Positions 39,483 to 54,700 are shown, counted from the first letter of the whole stretch. The stretch: DNA of 63,989 nt, filler included, from Reticulomyxa filosa (GCA_000512085.1; 11 parts of 11 records of this genome joined end to end with filler, not necessarily neighbours in it); one strand, 5' to 3'. Translations and numbers: made by a program. Notes: generated by a model from the sequence alone, not told the origin.

Positions 39483-42401
39483 TACAAGATCTTCTTCATC
39501 TTCAACGTGCCATTTTCTTTCGTCATTGTTCATTTTTGTGATTTTTTTGTTTGTTTTTGAGGTAACAAAGCTCCACACTCTGCATACGAGACTATTCTCC
39601 ATCGTCAAAACATCTAACATAAAAAAAAAAAGTCACTTGCAAGAGTAAACTTTCACAAACATCATTTTTTCAAGGTTTGTTTTGGAAGAAACTTGATAGT
39701 TGTGCGACTAAATGGTTTGAAAAAATTCTTTAATTGAAGAATAGTGTGCGAGAATAGTATTGGTGCCGAATGCACAATTCCATCAATAGTTGCAAAAAAT
39801 AATAATTTTGTTTGCTAGAGTTAGTATTGCGGTTTTGTCCCTGTTAGAGCTTTTTTTTTCCCGTTCAAATTCTTATCTGGAAATTATTGCACCTGTCTTT
39901 AGTGAAATGGAAATACATGAAAACGTTCTCGAAGATTAAAAGGGGCTCAGAAAATATTGAACAAAAAGAATAATGATTGATTGTAATCTTTGACATAAAC
40001 GAGTACGTCACGTTATAAAAGAAAAGTGAAAGTTAAGATAATTGTATTAATCAAAATTGTTGTTCATAGCTCTTAAAACTGTTATTCTTGCAACTGGTGT
40101 TTTAATACTGTATTATGTAATTTGTGATAGATTAGTAGACTGAACATTGTCCAAGTTAAATGAACAGTAAGAATTATCATATTGTATCACAATATATTCA
40201 CTTTTTACATTGCATTTCTATACAATAAATTTTGTTGTTTAGTTTGTTAAGTATTTTAAAATATAAGTGTTATTGACGATTTGTGAATGAAACAGAAAAA
40301 TTTTAAGAAATGATTAAACGTTAATAAATTACACTTAGTACTATAATTATAGTATCAATTTGCAATAACACAAATCGTATTTGTACTTTGGCAAAAGCAA
40401 AAAATTGAAAAGTTTAGCTTTTGTTTAACGTGGAAAATAAGTTACGATAAAAAAATTCAAATTGAACTTTTTGAAGTAGTTATATTTTCAATGTTTTTTT
40501 TAATTTATATTAAAAAAAAATGTTTGTACAGCGTAAAGCTTTTAGAACTAATATATATTAAATGTATAATATATAGTTTTTAACAATGCTGTAATTACAT
40601 ATACATTAGTTTGCAAAAAAATAGTAGACATAAAATGTTACTTTACGAAAATAATTGATTTTCTCCTTGAAAAAACAACATTCAGACATAATTTAAAAAT
40701 ATATACAAATGTTGAAGTTTTTAAATTTGATACTGGCTTTTAAATAAAATCATTTTAAGTTAACAATTTTTTACTTTTACAATTTGAAAATTTTTTTTTG
40801 AATGTTTTTTATCACTTTGTTAACTTTCATTTGATGTCTATAATAGCTTGCATTTATTTTGCAATTCAATTAAGCTTTTGAATGTCTTTTTTTCAAATTT
40901 TCTATTGTTATGCTATTTTTATTTGATCACATTTGTAAAGTTTTACTTGATGATTGACTAGATCAGTTTTTATTATTGTAAGCAATATGTAATGCTTCTT
41001 AGCATTTCATTACATAATATTTCTTTATAAATTGAATTAACACATCATTCAATTTTGCAAGAATATCGATGCATTTAGCACCAAAGCACGCACATGCTGC
41101 ATCAACAAACATTGATCTTTCTAAACTTCTATATCACTTCAATATAAGTTAACTTTTATTTCTTCCAAAAATGTGACTTTTTTCCAATAATCTCAATCTA
41201 ATTTTGTGTTTATCAATAAATTAAGTTGCTTTGCTTTATATTCTTTAGTTAGTTTTGGCTTTCTCTTTTTTGTAATCGCATAAATCCATTTAACTTCAAG
41301 TCTTAGTTACTATTAAATAAAAAACTATGATTTCACTTTCGATACTTAATAGTCTTTTCAAGTATTTCACTATAATAACGGCGTAATGTAAAATCTTATT
41401 ACAAATCACAAAATTCAAATATAAAAAAAAAAGATGTTAATAAAGTAGCATTTTATGTGTCATGTTTTTTTGCAAAATATTGTGCACGACATAAGCACAT
41501 GTCAATTTTTTCATTTGTAATGAAAGTTGTGAATTTTTTTGTATGAAAAATAGATCTTTTTTAAAGATATTGCATATGACATTACTAAGCTGATATACTT
41601 TGTTGATGTTCTCGCAAACAAAAATATAAATTGAAACATAAATTGCGAAAGAAAATATCGAATTGTAAAAATATTTATTTGGAGCGTGATTATGAATAAA
41701 GAAATTGAACTTGTTTTCATAATTCCATTCCAAAAAATTGCTGTTGAATAAAGAAATAGAAACAAAATTTAGACAATATATATTTTCAATTTAAATAAAG
41801 ATGAATTGCCAAATGCTGTATGAACATTTAGTGTAACAAGAAGGGAACTTAGTTCAGAAAACTAATTTCAATAAGAAAGCAAATTAATAACAAAAATAAA
41901 GCAATATAGAAAATAATTTGTGTTTGTGAACAGAGTTTAGCACACTGTGGCTACACAGTCCACTAATTCATGATATGGACTTAATATACATTCATATAAA
42001 ACCAATTTAACGTTAGTTTTTGTTGTTTATTTTCAATTGCCAAGTGTTTTCAAGATTTGTTTTAAAAACACATAGTTTTTTCTAAACATTAAGAATACTT
42101 ATTGCAAAAATAAAGCTGAAGATTTGCTACATTAAAGATACTTAAAGTTTCAATGCTTATCTCACGTTTTGATTTGTTTAAATTTGCATTGAATGACAGA
42201 AAAAAAGAGTTTGTGAAAGAGATGTAAAAGAAAGCATTGAATTGCTAACATTTTCAAAAGTTCTTTAAGAAGACATCAATGCAACAAATATTAATCACTG
42301 TTATTTTTAAAAAAAAATTTAAAGATAGTTGCACGAGTACAAAAGGACACTAAAGGGGCGCTTCTTCTCTATTTTTGAATTTGACGACGGATATTTAAGT
42401 C

Positions 42402-42746
42402 TTGATGGGAACAGCGTGCACAAAAACAGATAATCAAATCCAAGAAGGGCCAGCTACAAGCACCCGACCAGTTCGAAATGAACGTAAAACCACCGAGCCG
42501 CTGTTGGGTGGGGAAACGGGTGATAACGGCGAAGGACCGTTGCCTTCAAGACATTTCGAAACACTTGACAGCGCAATAGTGAGCCCAAGACGGAAAACGT
42601 CGTGGGAAGGAGAAAAGATAGAAGACGCCGAAAATGAAGAGTCAGTAAACGCGACACTAGCAATACGTACACCAGCATCAGAAGAAACGTATACGCAAAA
42701 AATTGCAAACGAAGTTGAAAGCACAGCAATGGAAGATGCGGCTACT
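42402..42746 (+). CDS. N-terminal fragment of a low-complexity hypothetical protein (MGTAC.. possible N-myristoylation/palmitoylation)
   Basis: GC-richer open frame running into the linker; ATG at 42405 gives MGTACTK. Confidence 0.5.
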
Positions 42747-44429
42747 NNNNNNNNNNNNNNNNNNNNNNNNNNNNNNNNNNNNNNNNNNNNTTAATTAATT
42801 AANNNNNNNNNNNNNNNNNNNNNNNNNNNNNNNNNNNNNNNNNNNNAGTTAATGCTTCGTCAAGACTCTTTGGGTACAACCACTAGTGGACACAACAAAG
42901 TCTTAGCAGACAATTTCAATGGCAGCACGTGAAATAACCATACAACTTCATCTCTGGTTAGCACAGTTACTACAACCAAGAAACCGAATATACTCTAAAT
43001 TATGTCATGACATAAATATATATTTATGCGTATGTACAAACTCCATTTGTATAGCACTAAATAATGTATTATCAATAATGAACACAATAAATATAGTATA
43101 TAAATTTGTAAGATAGTATAAAATATATACATACTTACATAAGATTTTCCAACAAACTTATAGTAATGAATCATAATACATTTGCTTTAAATTAAATAGA
43201 AAGATAATTGAGAATACAAATTATGTAGAAATTTAAGTGTAATAGCATAATATTATAAAGATTGAAACTATATTACAAATATTAAAAACTTTCAGCAAAT
43301 GTCAACAAAAATATATTATTTTCGCGTACTTCATCGATATAGTGCTGCTATTAGGCTTCAATAATATTTGCTTCTGTCAATACTTTTCGATTTGCTAATT
43401 CTAATTGTTCTTTCTTATTGCCATTACTGACAGAATTGTTAATATTTTAATATTCATTTTCCATTATCAAGGGATAATATAGAATATATTTTGTAAAAAC
43501 TTTAATTAAAAACCCTTTTGCAAAAGAAAAGTTCGTTTTCAGAATTTGAAATTATTGCAACACAATAATCATTACTGACTTTGATATAAAGTAATTGTAC
43601 CATATTTTAGTTGTACTATTAAATATTAGTATATTTAATGGATTAGAATTTAGTCAAATCAAATACACTAATATTATCTTTATAATAAATGATAACAAAT
43701 AGTTGTTTCTTCCACCAACCACTGCAAGCACTCCATGATAATTACCTCCTTCATAACAATCCAATCAAAATGCTAGAAAGGATGTTGAATGGTGTCATGT
43801 TTTAAGTCTTGTAATAATAGCTAAAACTTTTCTTTTGCTCTTCTTCGGTGGTATCCGTTGAACGCATTTGGAGACATGGAAATACCGAGTAGACATAAAT
43901 AACAACAATAGGATGAAATAGTTTTCATAAATGGAATTCACAGATTTGTGACAATGCAAGACACGAAGCGTCATATTGATTCTTTTTGTAATTGTTCCAA
44001 TGGAATAAGATTATTGAAAGAAAGCCACCGCTCGATGTGACTTTATGATCACGCTAAGAGGAATGTGATGATATTTGCCAATAGATCACAAAGTAAGGCA
44101 ACATCATATTTCAATCCAATTAGATTGATTTTATTCTTGTCCTTGTTTTTTTTTTATACACGATAAAAAAAAAATTGGTGATCAATAATATTTGTAAGCT
44201 GGAATAATTATCATTTTCAAACGTGCTTCTATTTTGATATTTTGCTGGCAATATGATAATATAGAGTGAAAATCAATAACACATTTATGACAACATAATT
44301 GTCATTTTTATACGATTGTACGCAAAGATCAAATTTCTATGTTATTATAAATTTGTGAGATTGTATACTCTTCATTACTGTCCATTTGATCTTTCATTTT
44401 TTGCATCTCCAATATTATGTATTTTTTCA

Positions 44430-45136
44430 GTGTTTTCCGAATTCAATAAATAATACCATGTTTTTAGGCGAAGCAGATCCTTCCCTTAGGATACTATTTA
44501 TTAATCCAAGTGTCTTTCCTTTTATTACTATATCCCACATTTTAACTATTAATACCTCATGCTACATTGAATCGAATGCTTTCCTGAAGTCCACACTTAG
44601 GATGTACATTTCTTTTTGCGATACATATTTTGCATAATTCACAATAAGTCTGAATGCGATTAGTTGGTTTATCGTACCTCTGCCTGGTCTGAAGCCACCT
44701 TGCTCTTGACTCAATGAGTTTTCTATTATTGGTTTTATTTTATTTAATACCATTTGTCTGTTAGTGTTAGTATTGCTAATTTCACTAGTATTCCTCTTGT
44801 GTCGTCTGATCCCATTGGGCGTCCTTTCTTCGGCATGATTGTTAGTTTTGAGGCTAGTAGTTTCTTGGGGATATCAAACGGGCTTCCAAATAGTTTGTTT
44901 ACCAAGCTTCTGAGTATTTCCACGTTTTATTTTATTACTGTCTTCATCACTTCATTTGATATGCAGTCCATGAAAGTTGATTTACGATTTTCCATTTATT
45001 CTGCATCTTGTTTTAATTCCCTTGTCGTTACTGCCTGCCCATTATGTTCATGTCCCGCTTCTTGTATTTCTTTCACTATTTTATTGTACTTATCTTTTAT
45101 TTCCAGGTACAAATAACTTTTTTCAGGTTGGTGGAA
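44430..45136 (-). mobile_element. Degenerate non-LTR (LINE) retrotransposon reverse transcriptase fragment
   Basis: KSTFMDCISNEVMK..IMPKKG..DTRGI, then EQGGFRPGRGTINQL..YILSVDFRKAFDS. These are LINE RT domains 0-3, interrupted by stops and a frameshift. Confidence 0.88.
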
Positions 45137-45296
45137 NNNNNNNNNNNNNNNNNNNNNNNNNNNNNNNNNNNNNNNNNNNNTTAATTAATTAANNNNNNNN
45201 NNNNNNNNNNNNNNNNNNNNNNNNNNNNNNNNNNNNTTTTTTTTTTTTTTTTTTTGAAAAAAAGCAATACATTTGAAAAAAAAAAAAAAAAATTAC

Positions 45297-45743
45297 TGTG
45301 ACAAGTCGAAATTTATCTTTTCCAATTCGTAGACGCGGATATTCGGAGAACTCTCCCAGGAACTTTTTGTTTAAGAAAAACAAGCGAAAGGTTTGAATCG
45401 AAATACTCAACAAAAAAAAAATGACAAACAATACCATCGAACGGAACAATTTATTTTTCCAATGTCTGGGGTCTCTGCATTTGGCTCACTTGTCTCAAGT
45501 TTTATACCTACAATCACTTCCGTTCCATGTAAATTGATTTTTGCTGAGCTGGCACAGTGAGGTAAAATGTCCAATGACAGATCAAAAGATCGCAGTTCTA
45601 ATCTGTATTCCATCCCAAAGTCAGTTTACACAATTCGATGGCTAGATTCATTGATAAACAAACCTTTGTCTGCCATCAATTCGAATGTCATCTTCAATAC
45701 CTTCTATAATGAAATGTTTTTCAGATGAGGAAATTGCATCCAT
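45297..45743 (-). CDS. EXOSC7: Exosome complex component Rrp42, 5' part (3 exons visible)
   Basis: MDAISSSEKHFIIEGIEDDIRIDGRQ|RLELRSFDLSLDILPHCASSAKINLHGTEVIVGIKLETSEP..PDIGKINCSVR|CS, an RNase PH fold with the Rrp42-type start. Confidence 0.88.
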
Positions 45744-45928
45744 GCACAAACAATTTACGTTGAATTACCCGTTCCCCCCTTTTTTTTGTTGACGAGTCAA
45801 TGAAAAAAATCGCCTTACAATTTACTTGCTAATCTGGTTACTCGAAAAAGGAACTAATGGTTTGTTTAGTTTGGGTTCTCACTTGAGATGGTCAATTTTT
45901 TTTTTGAAGATTTTTTAGAATTCAACAT

Positions 45929-46873
45929 TTAAGAAAACCAACAAACGAGTTTCTCGAAAATTTGGTGGAGTAGCGCGAATAAAATCTTGAAAAGAAGAAT
46001 AACCTCGGAGGCTTTTGGAAAGTATTCCATCCGCAGAGTTTGCAAAGCCCCAAAATGTTGCAACAGACATTGAAAGAAGTCAGAAAAATATATGTCTGTG
46101 ACGCAGTTTCCTTCACAACAACTCAGACCTTCAAACACGATACGTTTCAACCTCGTATTGGAAACATTGTGATTGTGTTTGATCGAATCATGTAGTGCGC
46201 TAATAAAGACTCGAAAGCAATTATCATCAAACCTCGAATCGTGGGATAAAAGATGAATCGATTCGATTCGATGTAAACAATAATATAATATGTCGTAAAG
46301 CCATTCCATTGCGCTTACGTTCCACGACCTGTACACATGATAATTCTTATATTCGCGAATTATCAGTGGGTAATTGTCTTTGTTTTTTTGCAACACAGTT
46401 CGAATTATTATACTTTGCAATGCTTTTTTTTGCATTGTTGTTATTTTTTCACTCCATCCATTCAAACGCAATTCGTACACCTTTCGCGAACTATCAAAAT
46501 AAAAGTCAATGCACTGCATTCTCTTCTGTTCAAAAAAAAACAACAAATTTTCCATCTTGTTTCTTTGATTATCTTTTTTTATTATTTGATTGTGTGTACG
46601 ATTAGCTTTTTTTTATTCAACTTCTTGCAGACACAGTTGGTGAAATTCATTAATCAGCGAGCTTTCCAGAAACCTAGCATTTCCGCACATGAGTGGCAAA
46701 TGTCCAATGGTATCCAGATATTTATTGTCCCCAATACTCGATGCAAATAACCTGAAACTACGAGCTCTGCCAGGGTTAAATAACGACCGGGCATGTTTAC
46801 TCTGAGTTTTCACTAAACTGTTTAGGAGATCTCCCAAACTGACTGTTTTGCTTGTTTTCGTTTGCGCATGCAT
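45929..46873 (-). CDS. Hypothetical protein (possibly leucine-rich repeat-like), at least 2 exons
   Basis: ORFs 46613-46912 and 45929-46555 are separated by an A-rich intron; LRR-like spacing in IESIHLL, LKRIVFE and LQTLRME. Confidence 0.4.
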
Positions 46874-47166
46874 GTTTGTATAATTGATGGAAAATTCAAA
46901 ATAAAAATTCAAATTGTTTGATGAAGGACAATAACAGTTAAAAAGATCATTCAGATTACTGCGTTGTACATAAAATGATAAATTTTATATTAATCCATTA
47001 GCTTCTATCAAGACCTTTTAGATATAAGTATATTCCGTGATAACTAGATTTCTTCTGTTTTATTTACCTCTCAAATAAAAGGAGGGGCCAGGCAAACTTT
47101 TTTGTCAGTATATCTTTGTTTTAAAAAAATTTTTACTCTTACTCCACAACCTGCACGATGGCCAAA

Positions 47167-48484
47167 ATGTCATTTCAAGCAACCAAAACAGAACGACATG
47201 TTTTGCCGCACGTAATATGTGTCGAAGGAAACATTGGGTCAGGTGAGACTTCTTACAGAAAAAGCTGTCCGTAAATACAGTGTATAAGAATCTCGGTGGA
47301 AGCAATTAAGCCTGTTTTTGTGTTTTGATGGTTGCAATAGGGAAGTCAACATTGCTTGATAAGCTATCAAAAGCAGGATATTTTGTAATCCCAGAGCCGG
47401 TCGATCAAATATGGGGTAAATACTTACCAAAATTGTATGAAGATTTGGAGCGATGGTATATATATTATACACACATATGTTGCATCTTTTTACACGTACG
47501 TAAACATTAACTCAGGAACACAATGAGGAAAAAAATAAATAAATTAATATTTTTCCGGACTTTTGCAATCTTCAGAAACAATAGTTATTTAAAAAGTCCG
47601 AAGACGATGTTTTTTTTTTTTTGCTTTCTATCTTTCTTTTCAAACCCTATAATTTGAAGCGATTGAAAAAAAGCTTATATTAATGTATTATTGTATAATC
47701 ATGTACATACATATAAATATAATGTTATGTACAAAATAACTTTTTTTTTTTTTTAAAAAGGGGCTTTTGTTTCCAAATGGAAGTGCTGGATTGGTTCCGG
47801 CAACTGCACTGGAACAACTTGAAAGCAGTGGGAACACCATCGAAGAACCAGAAAAAAAAGGACGAAAAGACGCAAAGAGGGAGAAACAAGGAGGGAGGAG
47901 ACGGGGAGGAGTTGTCAGCAGACAAGGCAAACGAGCACGGAGATATAATTATTGTGGAGAGATCGGCGTTAACCGCGTTTGAGATATTTTCCAAAAACTT
48001 GAAAGAGAATGGGCGAATGAGTGAGTGGGAATTTTCGTTGCTCACCCGATTTTTTCAATTAGTGGATTGGGAGCCCAAATATACTTTGTACTTACAGTTT
48101 TGATTTTTGTTTTTGTTTTGTTTTAAAAAAAAGCCAAAAATCTCTTCAAAAAAAAAAAAAAAAAGATGTGATCCTGGCACTTGCATTGGGAGAATCCACC
48201 AACGCAACCGTGATGGAGAAGATAAGGTCGATGAGGAATTGATCCGATCTTTGCATGAGAGACACGAAAAGTTGTTCGTGAAGCACCAAGAGTCAGGTGA
48301 AAAAATGTCTCCCAGCAAAGACACGTCTGTGTTGCGTTGCATCAGCAACATCAACTCTGAGCCGAAAAAACAGTCTTCCGGCAACTCCCATGTGCTTGTT
48401 GTCAATGGAAATAATGACAAAGATAGGGTCTTTCAAGACACTGTTAAACAATTGGACTATGTCAGAAATCTGCTGGCCCAATAG
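47167..48484 (+). CDS. Deoxynucleoside kinase (dCK/dGK/TK2 family), 4 exons
   Basis: P-loop ICVEGNIGS|GKSTL, then VIPEPVDQIW, LYEDLERW|GFCFQM, IIIVERS, lid CIGRIHQRNRDGE and LHERHE. Confidence 0.93.
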
Positions 48485-48966
48485 ATTTGGCTTTCCTATT
48501 TTTTTTTTTTTTTTTTTTTTTTTTTCGTTTCTTTTTGTTAACTTTGTNNNNNNNNNNNNNNNNNNNNNNNNNNNNNNNNNNNNNNNNNNNNTTAATTAAT
48601 TAANNNNNNNNNNNNNNNNNNNNNNNNNNNNNNNNNNNNNNNNNNNNAAAAAAAACAAAGACATTCAATTTCATTGCTCTTTTTCTTTATCTTATCGCAT
48701 AAAACAGATATGCAATGTTTTTTGGCTTTTCAAATTTTTCAAAAATTGCATCAGACTGCATTGCACTGAAATTCCGAAGACGAAAGTAATTACACTGTGC
48801 ATATGTGATAACTATGTAAGAGAACGGATAATATTTGACTCGAAGTTATCACATAATATTGAAAAATATTCACTTGCAGGTGCAAAACAGCAAACAACAA
48901 ATTTTTTTTTCTGTTTGACTGTTAAAAAGTTGAAATCTGTTTCCCAAAACAAGAAAATTCTTTATA

Positions 48967-49874
48967 ATGCAAAGCTGGGCATTATTTTTCCTTATTTTGG
49001 CAGGACAACTACATGACACAATGTCACTTCGTCCACTAAATCATAAATTGTTGCTCCAAGATGTGTGCGCGCTGAAGAGTAAGGACGTCGACACGTTGAA
49101 CTGTAGCCACTGGACCGGTATGGATGTAAACAAATTAAAGCAGCCTATCAACAACGTGTTTGGGCTCACGGACGGCAAAGACATTAAGGCGACATGTTTC
49201 ATCTTAGAAAACCAGTACATTATATCCCCTTTTTTAAGCGTGGCCAATCGCAATGACCTGTATAAAAAAATGTATATATTTTTTTGGTTTAAAACAAAAA
49301 AGAAATGAAATAAAAACAAAGATTATTGTCACCACCACCAAAACGAATCAACAATCGAAAAGCAATGCACGCATACCCATTTTCGGGATTAATTGAAAAA
49401 GAAGCAGCAACTCAACCATCAAAAAGAAAAAGGAAAGCATTGACGTTACGCAGGCGTTGCAAAATAAAGGATGAAGTGCTGTTGTACGGATATCCGACAA
49501 AAAAGTTGCAAAGTGATCTGAATGATAACAAGAACAAGGCCAGTGAACTTCTGGAAAATTCAACAAACGAATTAAAGAAGCTTTTATTTTACAACAATTT
49601 TATTTTAATAGCAAAGGGAATAATTCAAAATGAAACTATTGAAGATGGCCAAGAATGGTTCGTTGTCAGTGGTTTGGCTGATAGTGGGATGATTGGTGGG
49701 CCTTATGTGTTAGCAAATGATCCCACAAATGTCTGCGGCATTTATTTTTCCGATTATCTATCTTTGCTTGTACACAAAGTTAAAAAATTGACTTATAGTG
49801 ATATTCAAGGTTATGTCGACAATTCACCTCGGCCTATTGACAATATTTTCCCTGATTCTAAGATTGAACTTTGA
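48967..49874 (+). CDS. Secreted trypsin-fold (PA clan) protease-like protein lacking the catalytic His and Ser, 2 exons
   Basis: Signal peptide MQSWALFFLILAGQ; ATCFILENQYIISPFL (cf. GTGFxI...ILTAAH); DEVLLYGYP; DSGMIGGPYV..VCGIY (cf. G-x-SGGP..VVGI). Confidence 0.6.
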
Positions 49875-51737
49875 TTCTTTTTAATTTCAGTTTCGAAGGC
49901 AATTTTTTATGATATCAATTCTTTTTTACAACATTTATAATAACATATATTTTTCGCGTATATGATTAGTAAAATCTTTATCATATTATGAATATTTACT
50001 GTCGTAGACCAAGGAATCAACAATGAATAATTATATAATTTGAACAATAATTTTATAATGAAAAAGAAGACACTCTAATGTTTGCTTTATCATTAAAATC
50101 TAATTGATTTTGTGCAATCAGTATATGACAAATGCAAACAAAAGCAAGTTAAAGTACATTGATCAAAAATAAGAAAAAGTAAAATTACGTTTGTCAATCA
50201 AAACAAAAGATGTTCAAAATTGTTGTAAATGTTTGTCAGAATAGTTAAAAGCTTCAAAAAAATTTTTTATCACAATAGTTGACACAACAATTTAGAATTT
50301 TATTATCACAAAGATAACAATATTACAAAAAACAATGAAGGAATAAGTAATTGTAAACAAATGATTTATATCAGATATGAATTTAAAGAAAAAAAGAACA
50401 TTCGCAAATGCAAGCTTATTTGCAAAATGAAATAGAAAAAGAATAAAAGAATATAAAAATAAGAACAATAACATTAAAGATAGCATAATAATAATTGAAC
50501 AGCATTCAAAGATATAAAAACTATTGTACAATCATTTAATTAATTACACAAATTTTAGTTTGAAATAGATAAAGATATGAAATCAACATATAAAATACTT
50601 GAATTATGCAAATCATGAGCAATAATATATTAAGAAGATTTTTGAATAAATACAATAAATTACAGATATTGTGCTATAAATAGTAATATGTTAAGATCAA
50701 TTGTGTAGTATGAAGATATGTTCTTGGACGAAATATCTGATAAGCTATTAACATATTATGCAAATATAACAGAAGAATTGACAAATAATAAATTTATATG
50801 TGACAATTGTAATATGCTTTAAAATTATAGTCATATCAATAAATGATTTGTGACAATTGGAAAAAGCTTTATTGATGAAAGCAAAATTAATTTAAAAGGT
50901 ATTGATATAAGTTGTCATACTTGGAAGAGATAACTCAAAATCATTGTTGGAAAAGAAAAATAGAAATAATTTGAATTAGAATGTAAAAAAATTGACAAAG
51001 AAACATACATAAACTTAGCAAAATCAATACAATAGCAAATACACAATGCAAAAAGTGATTTAATAAAATAATAATTTTCACTAAAAAAAATCTTACCACA
51101 AAAAAAAATGTCAGTTCTTAAGCTTGAATTAACTTGACTTATTTGCATTGGATAATACTTAACTTGTGCAACTCAAATGAATCAACTGTCGGAACTACGA
51201 CAATGCATTGTCCATGCGATATTTCTACAGCTGCAACGTATCGATCCAAGTAATGGCAATGAAAATAATAAAACTGAAGGAAATGGATGTATACATGTTA
51301 GTCTTTCACACTCTTTAATTTTGAAAGAAGTAAATTGAATATCAATATTTAGTGTTGAATTGTTTTATATTGAGTTGGTAGTCAATGATATGACATCATT
51401 ATGATTATTGTTTTTATTCAATACCATAGTCAATATTTTTTAAAATGTAATTCTTTTTTTTATATAGAATAGTTTTGCACTGATTTTGAAACAATATTAG
51501 CATTACTATGTTCAATAAAGAACAAGAATATATCATTGATGCACGCATGTGCATATTGATAGAATGATGCAATATCGTTAAGAATATGTAGTTCATAAAA
51601 TTCAAACAGTCTCTTTGAAAAATATTATTCAAATAAATTTAGATATCAAAGTTCAATATCATGTAATTAAAAATCTCATTTTAGAAATTGTACTAAAAAA
51701 GAACATAAGCAAAAAAAATTGTGTGTATTTGTACGAA

Positions 51738-54700
51738 TTATAATAATCCCCAAATTCGAATTTTACAATCATCAGAGCCTGATATAATTATATTCCCATT
51801 TCGAGAAACATCAATACATTTCACAGAATCGGAATGTCCTTGCAACATTTGTATTCTCTTTTCTGATTCTATATTCCATAATTGAATTGTATTATCTCTT
51901 GAACATGATACAATTGTTTGACCATCTGGAAAATATTGCACATCATACACTTGATCTGTATGTCCTTTCAATATTTTCCACTCTGTTTCTGTTTCAATAT
52001 TCCATATTCGAATTGTATTATCCAACGAACAAGATACAATAAATTTACTATCCGGAGAAAATCTTGTACGCATTACACGATCAGAATGTCCTTCAAATCG
52101 CTTCAATATTTCGCCAGATTTTACATTCCACAGACAAATTGTCTTATCGTTTGATGATGATACAATCATTTCACCATTTGGTGAAAACTGTGTATTCAAT
52201 ACACCCTTTGAATGTCCCAATTGATTCATTTCTATTTCGGAATATAAATCCCATAATCTTATTGTATTATCTCTCAAACCTGAAACAATATATCTTCCAT
52301 CTAAAGAAAAGTCTATATCCCATATCTCATCAAAATTTCTTTCTAATTTCATTAGTTCAGTTCCTGTGCTAACATCCCATAATCGAATTGTTCTATCTCT
52401 TGAGCAAGAGACGACAACACGTCCATTTGGTGAAAATTTCGCGGTATAGACAAAATCAGTATGTCCTTTGAAAATTTGAAGCTGCTTTCCCGATAAAACA
52501 TTCCATATTCGAACAGTATTGTCATGTGATGCTGAAACAATCTTGCGACAATCTGTAGAGAATCTTACACCACTCAATGATTTATCATGTCCTTGTAAAA
52601 TCATCAATAATTGAAAACCTTTTATCTTTTTGAAAAAATGTACATTATATAACAATACTATATATTTTTTAAAAAATCAATTACTTAACATATTTAATAA
52701 TAATTTTGTTAAAATCATTGATCCATCCTAATCTTATCTTTAAAATTCGAACCCAATGTTGAATAACAAGTTTTATTTCATTTATTGACTATTGATTATT
52801 TGTTTACAGTTTCGCAATATAAAATTTGTTTATGTTTAATTTTTAAAAGATTAAGAATAATATTACCAACTGTGAAGGATCTCTCCATACAATCATTTTT
52901 GTTTTCATGTTTGTTGATACTGATTTATATTCATTATTATTTCCTCCAACGATGTGTATATGAGTATTATCTGCATTTAATATTCCAAAGCAATTATATA
53001 ATGGAATAGGCAAAACATTTTCAAATGTAACCCATGTATTTTCTTGTATTGAATAACTATAAACTGATTTTGAAGCAATAAACTTACCATTTTTAAAATG
53101 ACGTCCACCAAAGAACAAGATAAAGCCATTGATACACACACACGCATAAGAGAATAGTGATGCAATATCATCACAAATAGATATTTTATGAAATTGAAAA
53201 GTGTTATTATCTTCGTCATATTTAATTGATAAACCTGTATTTTCAGAAAATAATATCATCTCACATTTATTATTATTATTTTCTTCATTTGTTTTTATCA
53301 TTCCATTTTCTGACTTTAATACAAAGCAATGATATTGTATCCGACCATTAATTGGTAAAGTATCACGTTTAATAAATTGAAATGTATTTAAATTAAACAC
53401 ATTAATATTATTTTTTCTATAGGTGATAAATAACAAATGATTGTTGATTCCACCAATCACTGCACGCACTCCTTGATAGGAATCAATAATAATTGGATTA
53501 TTATGATTGTCTGTGAAAGAAATCCATTTATTGCATTTACTTGAATTGTTTGATTTTTTAAATTTATTTATTTCATTATCATTGCCATTACTCCAAACAC
53601 TTACATATTTCATCGCCAATGTATGTTTATTTCTTCCATCACAATCAGATCCAAAAGACAACAAAGTGATTTTATTTTTGCCTTTGTTGTTTTCTACTAA
53701 TTTCACTACACAGTGTCCTTCTAGTGCAACATGACTTGGATAGTTACAGATAAACTTGTATTCATTTTTGATTGTATGATAAGAATAGCAACTTCTTTGT
53801 TTATAACCTCCACAAATGAGGAGTTCGTGTTTGTGTATCACGCATTGAGATTGATAAAGTGGGGTGGGCAAAGCCTTTAAAATTTGAAAGAGAGTTGAAG
53901 TAATAGTATGTTGACTTTGCTCAAACTTAGCAAGTGGCGTAAAGGTATTGTTTACATTTTGAAAAGAAGTTATGATAGTAGAGTTTTGGTTTTGTTTAAC
54001 TTGTGTGTTATTACTTTGATTACGTTTTGGAATACTGGTTCTTTCTGTGACAGTACGTTTATATGGCATCATGAGATATCCTTTTATTTCCCAATATATT
54101 TGAATAATTGGATAATGAGGAAGATATTTGTAGAGATCATGTAATAATACATCTTCATTATTTATGTATGATGCAACTGATGGATTACAAATAAATTGTA
54201 TTAGTTCATCTGCTCCATGAATAAAACACTCTCTCTCTTGAAATTTGTTTTTGAAATATTGAATGCCCTCTCTCAAGGTCATCAAATAAGGATTCAATGG
54301 ATCTTTATGCACCTGTTGATATTCATCCTCCCAAGTGATCTGAAAAGAGTTGAACTCCTGTTCGTTTATATGTAAAAAATATACCAAATTTACAAGTATA
54401 TACATGTTTATTGATTTTCGTCAACTGATAAATAATCGGATAAGTAATCTCTCTCCAAAGAAATAGTTGTACGGAAGTGCCAAGTATGATTGAGAATGAG
54501 GCAAGCCCATTTGATAGGTGTGTCGTTAATTTCAAAATCATTATACAATTGAATATGAACATTAAATTCCAATGATGATTTGTTTGGATTTCCAAGTTGT
54601 AATGATTTTATTTTTAATTTATTTTCATCAAATAACATTATTGTTCGATGTTGATAATCAAATACAATTTCATAATTTTTCCATTTTCCATTGGATAACA

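Noticed and set aside
39700-42300. Possible decayed TRAF/coiled-coil/WD40-family pseudogene in AT-rich DNA (about 40700-41200, minus strand)
   Set aside because: Only a vague resemblance; no motif could be read with confidence.
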